In this document: in pieces, positions 54,051 through 61,584 of the stretch
Numbering within the stretch: position 1 is the stretch's first letter
How the letters are laid out: every line of letters starts with the position of its first letter
Made by a program: the position numbers and the translations under genes
NCBI GenBank assembly: GCA_039934255.1
Contig: JBDTML010000163.1
Location: 1-63,376 of the forward strand
DNA length: 63,376 nucleotides
Source: Acidobacteriota bacterium
Lineage (GTDB): Bacteria; Acidobacteriota; Thermoanaerobaculia; UBA5066
Direction: 5' to 3'
Notes under the pieces: model-generated
What the model saw: only the letters and a program-made list of their open reading frames with translations
Database searches by the model: none
What the model was told of the DNA's origin: nothing

Positions 54051-56170
54051 GTTTTTCCAAACGCGGAGGGGCGCAGCGAAACGAGCAGGCTGACGGCGAG
54101 CGCCAGCGCGGTGACCACGGAAATCATGAACCCGATCTTCACCCACCGCGTGTCCGGCCGCAAACGCAGGTGATGACGTCCTTCCGGAACCGCCAGGCCC
54201 GCGAACCCGAACGCGACGCGCGAGACGCGGGCAGGGCTGCCGTCGAGCGTGGCCTCTTCCGCGGCATCCCACAACCGGTACAGCATGAGAAAGCCCGGGC
54301 CCGGCCCCGCAACCTCGACGTCGAGAAAGAGCCCGGAAGGCCGATCGTCGACGGCCAGGATGCGGCCAGCCGCCGGAGCGGGAGAAACTCCCGGGACCGC
54401 TTCGTCGACGTACGCGGTGTCGACGCCGAAGCCGTCCTCGAGAAGTCGCCCGAAGACGGCGCGAGCGTCGGGGGAGGCCGCGAGCTTCGCCGCGAACCGG
54501 TAAGGCGGAACCGGGTCGCGAATCGGCTCGAGACGCGGCCGGTAGCGCCCGTCCTCTTCTCGCTCGCTCCGGACGATCGCCGAGACGCCCGTGCCACGCA
54601 CGATGCGGATGGCGAGCGCCGGCGTTTCCCGGACGGCGCGATTGAGGAGGCGCGTCCACTCGAACGTTTCCGCCGGAAGCGACAGGTCGTAGTCAACCTC
54701 GAATTGATAGGCGACGCCGAAGAGCGACCCGTAGGCCGGGAGCAGCGATTCCCGACCGACGCGGCCCGAGGCCCTGAGGTCGCGCGAGTCGTACACCGGA
54801 ACGGGGGCGTAGAGGTCCCGGAAGAAGAGGCGCGGCGGTGGGGCGGCGCCTGGGGGCGCGGGAAATCCGGCCAGAAGCGTGGGAGCGCGCGTGATGACCG
54901 ACGCATCCTCGAGAGGCATGAGGCGCCGCGCGATTCCCTCCCGATCGATGAAGATCGCGAAAGCGAGGAGTGGCAAGGCGATGCGAAGAGCCCGGGGCGA
55001 CAGGGCGCCCGCGAGGCTCGACAGCCCCAGCGCGGCGAGCCAGGCGAGCCCGAATCCGAGGAGAACCATGTACTTCTCCGGGTACCGGATCCAGCCGAGA
55101 GGCGGCAGCAGCCGCGCGGCGAGCCCGAAGACCGGCGTGGCGCCGCCGAGGGCGAGGAGGAAGCCTGTGGCCGCGAGGAGCACAGCCGCGACCCGTCCCG
55201 GCCCTTTCCGGACGAGTCCGACGACGACGAGAATCCACGCGACTCGCCCCGGCGTCACGGAGGGAAGGTAGGGATAGTCCGGAATTCCGGGAGCCGACGC
55301 GACGACCGCCCAGTCCGCGACCAGCCCGTCCGTGAAGAGGTCTTTGAGGCGCGACAGCACGAATGGGTTCAACGCGGCGGCAGCCGGGCCCATGCCTCCT
55401 CCCGGCGACCGGATACTGCGTGCGGCTGTGGCCGCCCCCGGCAGGATCGCGATCGCGCCGAGCCCGGCGGCGAGAAACGCGCTCGCCACGAGGAGAGCCA
55501 GCGGACGCGCCTCCTGTCGCCACGTCCCGCCTTCACCGCGTGCCGCGAAGAGAACCGCGACGGCGACACACAACGCGAAAATCACGAATTCGGGCGCCGT
55601 CGCGAGAAGAATAAGGGCCGCCGCGATTCCCACCTTCGCCACCTTCGCCACCTCCGCTACCTCGCGCGTACGCGACGCTTTCACGAGGTCGTAGACGAAT
55701 GCGGCAAACCACGGAAGGATCGAGAGCGCGGACATCGTGGGCGGAAACGTGGCGACGGACACCGCCGCCGCGCCGAGCGCGAAGGCGAGTCCCGCGAGGG
55801 CCGCCGGCCCGCGCAAAAGGCCGAGGCGCCTTCCGAAAGCGGCGAATCCGGCGACGGCCACTCCGAGATGCAGAACGATCCACGCCTTCATCGCGGCCCC
55901 GAGGGGCAGCACGAGGAAGAGGATGTTCGCGGGGTCGAACGGCGCCGCCGAGGGAGCGCCGAGAAGCGGCGCCCCTCCCCATCGAAAGCGATCCACCCAG
56001 GGCAGTTCTCCACGAAGGACCGCTTCGACGAGATGAGCCTTCAGCGGAAAGAAATAAAACAGGAGGTCCCGCCCCACCGGAACGCCGGATCCGAAAAGCC
56101 CGCGAAACGGCAGGAGCACGAGAAGGATCGCCCCGACGAGAGGAAGCGATTCGCGCAGACGTGCCTTCAC
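54047..56170 (-). CDS. YfhO-like polytopic membrane protein (putative GT-C glycosyltransferase), copy 2
   Basis: The sequence reads VPVGRDLLFYFFPLKAHLVEAVLRGELPWVDRFRWGGAPLLGAPSAAPFDPANILFLVLP. It has many TMs and a C-terminal module ..VSRVAFGFAGLAVPEGRHHLRLRP.. GTG at 56170 overlaps the upstream stop as GTGA. Confidence 0.72.
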   Translation of the reverse strand: MKARLRESLPLVGAILLVLLPFRGLFGSGVPVGRDLLFYFFPLKAHLVEAVLRGELPWVDRFRWGGAPLLGAPSAAPFDPANILFLVLPLGAAMKAWIVLHLGVAVAGFAAFGRRLGLLRGPAALAGLAFALGAAAVSVATFPPTMSALSILPWFAAFVYDLVKASRTREVAEVAKVAKVGIAAALILLATAPEFVIFALCVAVAVLFAARGEGGTWRQEARPLALLVASAFLAAGLGAIAILPGAATAARSIRSPGGGMGPAAAALNPFVLSRLKDLFTDGLVADWAVVASAPGIPDYPYLPSVTPGRVAWILVVVGLVRKGPGRVAAVLLAATGFLLALGGATPVFGLAARLLPPLGWIRYPEKYMVLLGFGLAWLAALGLSSLAGALSPRALRIALPLLAFAIFIDREGIARRLMPLEDASVITRAPTLLAGFPAPPGAAPPPRLFFRDLYAPVPVYDSRDLRASGRVGRESLLPAYGSLFGVAYQFEVDYDLSLPAETFEWTRLLNRAVRETPALAIRIVRGTGVSAIVRSEREEDGRYRPRLEPIRDPVPPYRFAAKLAASPDARAVFGRLLEDGFGVDTAYVDEAVPGVSPAPAAGRILAVDDRPSGLFLDVEVAGPGPGFLMLYRLWDAAEEATLDGSPARVSRVAFGFAGLAVPEGRHHLRLRPDTRWVKIGFMISVVTALALAVSLLVSLRPSAFGKT

Positions 56171-58398
56171 GGGCGCGCCCCTCGCCGGGCGACAAGAGCG
56201 ACGGCCAGAAGCGACGCGACGGAGAGCGCCCCCCCGGCGAAGAAGGCGGGGTTCTCGTATGCGAGCGCGATCTCGTGGTCTCCGCCCGGAACGTCCACGG
56301 CCATCATGTATCCGTCCGAGGGGCGGATCGCGAGATCCGCCCCGTCCACCCGAGCATGCCAGTTCGGGTCGAACGTCCGCGCGACGAAAAGCACCGCCAC
56401 AGGAAGGCCCACCCGTACCCGGAGGCGGGCCCGGCCCGGCCGGCTCTCCTCCACCGAAACCGTCCCGCCGCCCGCCGGGAGAAAGCAGAACTCCGCGCGC
56501 GCGCCTTCGACGCGCAGGATCCGGTCCTCTCCGAAGCGGCCGATCTCGACGACTCCGGGCGGATCGGGCGGCACCGCCGCCGTCCTCACGAGAGTCACGC
56601 CGAGAGTGCGCAGGCGCGCGACCTTTTCCGCTCCCCATTGGAGTCCCGCGAGTGCGCGGGCGAAGCGCGCCGAGGGAGCTGCCGTCATGCGGTCCACGTC
56701 GTTCTCCCCGGCGTATCGGATCCCGAAGGCGACACCCGCCGCGGGGAGCAGCGGGTCGAATCCGCCGGCCTCGCGCGTCCGGCGCGCGACCGTCGACGCG
56801 GCGCCGGCGCCGTCGTCGTAGAAGCGCCCGGCCCCGATCCGCGCGCGCACGAGCGCGACCTCGGGTGTCTCGCGGCGGTAAAGATCCGGCGGCCCCGCGG
56901 GGCACGTCCCCGCCACGCGCCGCGCCGCGTCGGCCAGAAACAACACGGCAATGATGCTGGCGAGAAGCATCGTGTCACGGCGCTTTTCTTTGAAGGTGAA
57001 GAGGGAGAACGCGACCGCGCACAGGAGAAGGGTCGCGGTGGCCATGAGAAGCGGCGCTCGAAGGACTCCCGCGACGGCGGCACCAGAGGTATCGCCCACA
57101 CCAAGCCCCATCGCCCATATTCCCTTTCTCAGCAAATCTTCCGCGCCGACCGCCAAAGCGAGGAGCGCGCCGCAAACGAGAGCGAGCCCGGTCGCTCCCC
57201 TCCGAAGCAAATCGACGGCTTTTCTTCTCGTCTCCCCCACCTCATCGGAAAACACAGCATCGACGCCGACCGCCGCCGCCCCCGCGAGCGCGAACGTCAC
57301 GAGGAGCCACCATTTCTCCGGATAGCGAAGGACTGAAACGGCCGCCGCGAGGAACGAGGCCCCGGGCAGGAACCGCCCGAACGAGAGCACGGCTCCGCCG
57401 AGCGCGAGAAGAAGCGCGGCTCGTCCCCGCCTGTCGCGCCACGCGGCCGCGGCGAAAAGGAGCGGAACAAGCCCGAGCGCGAGATCCTCGAAGTAGGGGC
57501 TGCCCGCGTCGAACGTGCCCCTGCCCCAATCGAGGGACGTGTCGCCTTGGGGATCGCCCGTGAGCCGCGGTTCGAGAAGCGTGAGGACGCGCGACGGCCT
57601 CACGGACCGGAAGAGGGCTCCGTGTTCGGGCCGCATCTCGATACCCCGCGCGGAGCGGGAAAGCTCGAGGACCGCCGGACAGATCTGGACCGCCGCAAGA
57701 CCCGCGCCGAGACCCAGCGCGAGAAGCGCGCCGGCAATGGCGCGCCCGCGCGCCTGCCCCGCGCCGAACGCCGCAACCGCGAAGAATGCCGCCGCGCCCA
57801 TCAGCGTCACGGCCGGTTCGCCGCCGAGCGCCGCGAGGCCGACGGCGAGCGCCGCGACGGCGCGGGCGCGACCGCGGGCAGCCGCGTCTCCCGAGGCGAG
57901 GCGGGGCGCCTCGGCGAGCGCGAAGGCAAGCGGCAGGACGGCCGCGCACGTCGTCGCGTAGACCGGAAGCGACTGTGCGACGCCCGAAAAGAGGAGAACG
58001 AGCGTCCCCGCGGCACAGGCCTGAGGCGAGAGGCCGATGCGCCGCAGGGAAAAAAAGAAGACCGCGAGGACGAGAAAGATGGCGACGAAAGCGAGAGCCG
58101 TCGGCGAGAGAACGAGGAGGAGCGGCGAGAGCGGCCAGAACGCGGCGGCATTCGGGTCCGCGGCGAAGGGTCTTCCCGCGGACATCCACTCGTTCCAGAC
58201 GGGCATCTCGCCCGCCCCGAAGAGCCGCCCGAGGGCGAGCCTCCAGGGGACGAAGAAGAAGCCCGCGTCGCGCCGATACAGCGTGCCGCCGACCAGGAAA
58301 GGAGCAAACCGGATCGCGGCGGCAGTGAGAACGGCGGCGAGCGCCCATGCAGTGAAACGGGCGCGGAGGCGAGGGGACTCCTCCGGTGCGCGCGTCAC
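56167..58398 (-). CDS. YfhO-like polytopic membrane protein (putative GT-C glycosyltransferase), copy 3
   Basis: The sequence reads GGTLYRRDAGFFFVPWRLALGRLFGAGEMPVWNEWMSAGRPFAADPNAAAFWPLSPLLLVL. It has many TMs and a C-terminal module ..FDPNWHARVDGADLAIRPSDGYMMAVDVPGGDHEIALAYENP. GTG at 58398 lies 5 nt after the upstream stop. Confidence 0.72.
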   Translation of the reverse strand: MTRAPEESPRLRARFTAWALAAVLTAAAIRFAPFLVGGTLYRRDAGFFFVPWRLALGRLFGAGEMPVWNEWMSAGRPFAADPNAAAFWPLSPLLLVLSPTALAFVAIFLVLAVFFFSLRRIGLSPQACAAGTLVLLFSGVAQSLPVYATTCAAVLPLAFALAEAPRLASGDAAARGRARAVAALAVGLAALGGEPAVTLMGAAAFFAVAAFGAGQARGRAIAGALLALGLGAGLAAVQICPAVLELSRSARGIEMRPEHGALFRSVRPSRVLTLLEPRLTGDPQGDTSLDWGRGTFDAGSPYFEDLALGLVPLLFAAAAWRDRRGRAALLLALGGAVLSFGRFLPGASFLAAAVSVLRYPEKWWLLVTFALAGAAAVGVDAVFSDEVGETRRKAVDLLRRGATGLALVCGALLALAVGAEDLLRKGIWAMGLGVGDTSGAAVAGVLRAPLLMATATLLLCAVAFSLFTFKEKRRDTMLLASIIAVLFLADAARRVAGTCPAGPPDLYRRETPEVALVRARIGAGRFYDDGAGAASTVARRTREAGGFDPLLPAAGVAFGIRYAGENDVDRMTAAPSARFARALAGLQWGAEKVARLRTLGVTLVRTAAVPPDPPGVVEIGRFGEDRILRVEGARAEFCFLPAGGGTVSVEESRPGRARLRVRVGLPVAVLFVARTFDPNWHARVDGADLAIRPSDGYMMAVDVPGGDHEIALAYENPAFFAGGALSVASLLAVALVARRGARP
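56981..57145. repeat. AT-rich repeat pair (arms 56981-57010 and 57115-57145) inside YfhO-like copy 3
   Basis: 56982-57004 (gcttttctttgaaggtgaagagg) is 21/23 identical to 29426-29448. 57123-57138 (cctttctcagcaaatc) matches the reverse complement of 41811-41826. A weaker third piece lies at about 57200-57240 (ccgaagcaaatcgacggcttttcttctcgtctccc). Confidence 0.6.
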
Positions 58399-58403
58399 GT
58401 GCC

Positions 58404-59807
58404 TCAGGGCTTCCGCGCGAGAACCAGAAGCGACATCCCGAACGACGGCTCCGTCTTCTCCTCCGCCCGGAGGAGGGGCATCAGCCACTTGAAGGCGCCG
58501 AGCTGCCTCTTCGGCAGGACGCGGCGCTTCAAAAGGCGGGAATTGACCCACCAGCCGAGGACGCCGGGCCGATTCAGGTATCGGACGGATTCCACGGCGA
58601 AGCCCGCGCGCGCGACGAGCGTCGCGAGGGCGCCCTTTTCGTAGCGACGGTAGTGGCGGAGATTCTCGTCGAGCGTGCCGTAAAGCGCCGGCAGGGCGGG
58701 CACGAGAAGCGCGAGGTGCCCTCCGGGTTGTAGAACGCGCAGGAAGTCGGCGAGCGTTCCGGCGTCGTCCTCGATGTGCTCGAGCACGTTCAGGCAGACG
58801 ATCGAGTCGATGCGCTCGCGGCCGAGGTCGGCGCGATCTCCCTCCGTGAGCGGAAACCGGAACGAGGCGACGCGCACGTTGCCCTGCTTCTCGAACCGGT
58901 TGAGGAGCTCGCGCACGTAGTGCGGTTCGATGTCCGACGCGACGACGCGCTCGCGGTCCGCGAAAAACCGCGTCTGGTTGCCCACGCCCGATCCGACCTC
59001 GAGAACGCGCGACCCGAGCCACGCCTCGAACCGCTCGTGAATCCAGCGGTTGTAGACCGACAGCTCGCTCATACGGCGGAGCGTGATCGCGCCCACGTCG
59101 CTTTCGGGCGCTTCCCACCGGAAGTACTTGAGGATCGTCCAGACCGCCTGAAACGCGTCCTTGAGGCCGATCTTCTTGCCTTCCTCGTAGGTCCGCCCGT
59201 TGTACGAGATGGGGACTTCGTAGATCCGGACGCGCATGCGCGCCACCTTGCACGTGATCTCGGGCTCGACGCCGAACCGCTGCGACCTGAGATCCAGCCG
59301 GTCCACGACTCCGCGGGTCATGACCTTGTAGCAGGTCTCCATGTCCGACAGGTTCAGGTCCGTGAACACGTTCGACATGAGCGTGAGGAGGCGGTTGCCG
59401 ACCGTGTGCCAGAAGTAGAGGACACGGTGCCCGTGCGGACTGCCCAGAAAGCGGGATCCGTACACGACCTCGGCCTTGCCCGCGAGGATGGGGCCGAGAA
59501 GAACCGGATATTCCTCGGGGTCGTACTCGAGATCGGCGTCCTGGATCACGACGAGGTCGCCCGTGGAGGCGCGCATGCCGGCCCACACGGCGGCGCCCTT
59601 CCCCATGTTGCGCGTCTGGAGGATCACGCGCACGCCGTTCTTGCCGTCGAGCTCACGGAGAATGTCGCGGGTTCCGTCCGTCGAGCCGTCGTCGACGATC
59701 ACGATCTCGCGTTCGAGATCCCCGAGGTCCACCGCCAGAACCTGCGCGAGAATCTCGCGGATCGTCTGGCGCTCGTTGTACGCCGGCATCACGATCGACA
59801 ACTTCAT
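58404..59807 (-). CDS. Fusion of a GT2 polyprenyl-phosphate-sugar-synthase-like glycosyltransferase and a class I SAM-dependent methyltransferase
   Basis: The GT2 part reads LSIVMPAYNE...VIVDDGSTDGT...GKGAAV...VIQDADLEYDP (DxD)...SDMETCYK. The methyltransferase part reads VLEVGSGVGNQT...CLNVLEHIED...LQPGGHLALLVP. ATGA overlap with the upstream gene. Confidence 0.88.
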   Translation of the reverse strand: MKLSIVMPAYNERQTIREILAQVLAVDLGDLEREIVIVDDGSTDGTRDILRELDGKNGVRVILQTRNMGKGAAVWAGMRASTGDLVVIQDADLEYDPEEYPVLLGPILAGKAEVVYGSRFLGSPHGHRVLYFWHTVGNRLLTLMSNVFTDLNLSDMETCYKVMTRGVVDRLDLRSQRFGVEPEITCKVARMRVRIYEVPISYNGRTYEEGKKIGLKDAFQAVWTILKYFRWEAPESDVGAITLRRMSELSVYNRWIHERFEAWLGSRVLEVGSGVGNQTRFFADRERVVASDIEPHYVRELLNRFEKQGNVRVASFRFPLTEGDRADLGRERIDSIVCLNVLEHIEDDAGTLADFLRVLQPGGHLALLVPALPALYGTLDENLRHYRRYEKGALATLVARAGFAVESVRYLNRPGVLGWWVNSRLLKRRVLPKRQLGAFKWLMPLLRAEEKTEPSFGMSLLVLARKP

Positions 59808-61534
59808 GGGCTCTGCTCTTTCACGTCGTAAAGAACGATGGAGTATCCCACGCGATCGACCGGAGTTCCCCGCGCCGAGACCGTCTGGCGGAGCCGGCCG
59901 AAGCCCGCGGCGCCCACGGGATCACCGTGAAAGGCGGTCGCCTCCGGACCGCAGCACATCAGGAACGAGGAGACCGCCCAGAGGCCCGGACGGACCGGCG
60001 TCACGGCGGGAGCGAACACGGTCGCCCGCGGCGCGTAATACGGCACGTCGCCGCCGCCGAAGTACGCGATCGTCGCGCGCGCCTCGTCCCCCCGCTCCCG
60101 GAGCCGGCGCGCGAGACGCCCGAGGTCCTGCCCCCAGTCGAGATTCGAGTCGTTGAGCCAGGCCGCGCCGTTCGCCGGGCCTCCGGCCGCCTCGTTGAAG
60201 AACGAAAGCTCGTGCGGATGGATTCGAAGGGTCTCGCCGAGCTGCACCACGGCCCCGGCGAGGAGCACCGCCGCCGCCGAGCGCGCGGGAAGGGCCCGGA
60301 AGAGGACGAGGACCGCCGCCGCGAGGAGGAGCGGATACACCGGCAGCATGTGCCGGATGCCGATGTTGTAGGACGTCGCCATGCCGGTGACGAACAAATA
60401 GGCCGGCGGGAGAACGAGCGTGAGGAGCACGAGGTCGGGCAGCACGCGCCGCGCCACCCCCACGACACAGGCGGCGATCAGGATCGCGAGAAAACCGAGT
60501 GAACTCTTCACCGCGAACGCGACGAAGAAGTACTCCCAGAATCCGTCCACGGAGAGCCTGCCGTGCAGGTAATTCACGCCGCCTCCCGTCCGGTTCTGGA
60601 CGGCGATCCCGGCGAGCCCGGCGGCGTAGTGACCCGCCTCCTTCGACAGACGTGAGACCGCGAGAATCCGGTCGATCGTCTCCTGCGGGGCCTGCCGCGA
60701 GACGAGGAAGATCCGCACGGCTTTTCCGGCCTCGGACCCGCTCATGTGGCGCATCGCGACCGCGTAGCTTCCGAGCAGCACGGCCGCCGACGCCACGCCC
60801 GCGAGGAGAAGGCCGCCGAGCGGGAGGAGATCGGGGGGACGGCCCGCGCGCGCGGCGTCGCGGCGCTCCCGGAGGAGGCCCACGAGGGCGAGAATCGCGA
60901 CCATCGGAACGAGAAGCACGCACGAGAACTTCGCGGCGAGGCTCGCGCCCAGCGCCGCGCCCGTGGCGGTCCAGAGCCAGAGAGACCGGCGCTCGAGCGC
61001 GCGCGTGGCGAGGACGAGCGTGGCGAAGAAACCGAGGGCGGCCGCGAGATCGGTGTGGACGACGCCCGCGTGCGCCAGAAGGTTCGGCTCGAAGGCCAGG
61101 ACCGCGGCCGTGAGGACTCCGGCGAGATCGCCCGCCCACGCCCTTACGGCCGAGGCGGCCACGACGACGAGAAGAAAGAAGAGCACGGCGACCGGCGCGC
61201 GCGCGACGCCGAAGAGCTTCTCCGGTGGGAGCGGCGAGTGAAAGCTGAAGGGCCGGGGTTGCTCGGCCGATCCCATGGAAAAAGGGACGTCCATCTTCGG
61301 CGCGCGCCCGCCCGCCGCACGCAGCGCGAAGCCGGACAGGAGCTTCACGAGCGGCGGATGCTCGAGGTTCGCGTAGTACGTCCCCGAGATCGCGTACTCC
61401 GCCCCCGCCAGCGTGTGAAAGGGCTCGTCCATCGTCGGGCTGTCGAGGCGCGTGTGGTCGAAGACCAGTGCGACGCCGCACGTGGCCAGGACGAGCACGG
61501 CAACACGGAACCTCACGCGGGGAGCGTCGGACAC
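59804..61534 (-). CDS. ArnT/PMT-like (GT39/GT83-type) polyprenyl-phosphate-dependent glycosyltransferase
   Basis: The sequence reads SPTMDEPFHTLAGAEYAISGTYYANLEHPPLVKLL (DE..H and HPPL motifs). It has about 10-12 TMs and a C-terminal soluble region. Confidence 0.8.
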   Translation of the reverse strand: MSDAPRVRFRVAVLVLATCGVALVFDHTRLDSPTMDEPFHTLAGAEYAISGTYYANLEHPPLVKLLSGFALRAAGGRAPKMDVPFSMGSAEQPRPFSFHSPLPPEKLFGVARAPVAVLFFLLVVVAASAVRAWAGDLAGVLTAAVLAFEPNLLAHAGVVHTDLAAALGFFATLVLATRALERRSLWLWTATGAALGASLAAKFSCVLLVPMVAILALVGLLRERRDAARAGRPPDLLPLGGLLLAGVASAAVLLGSYAVAMRHMSGSEAGKAVRIFLVSRQAPQETIDRILAVSRLSKEAGHYAAGLAGIAVQNRTGGGVNYLHGRLSVDGFWEYFFVAFAVKSSLGFLAILIAACVVGVARRVLPDLVLLTLVLPPAYLFVTGMATSYNIGIRHMLPVYPLLLAAAVLVLFRALPARSAAAVLLAGAVVQLGETLRIHPHELSFFNEAAGGPANGAAWLNDSNLDWGQDLGRLARRLRERGDEARATIAYFGGGDVPYYAPRATVFAPAVTPVRPGLWAVSSFLMCCGPEATAFHGDPVGAAGFGRLRQTVSARGTPVDRVGYSIVLYDVKEQSP

Positions 61535-61584
61535 CGGGGGGATTGTAGGGGGAGTGACTCCTCGCCCCTGTTACGCTCGCGCCC

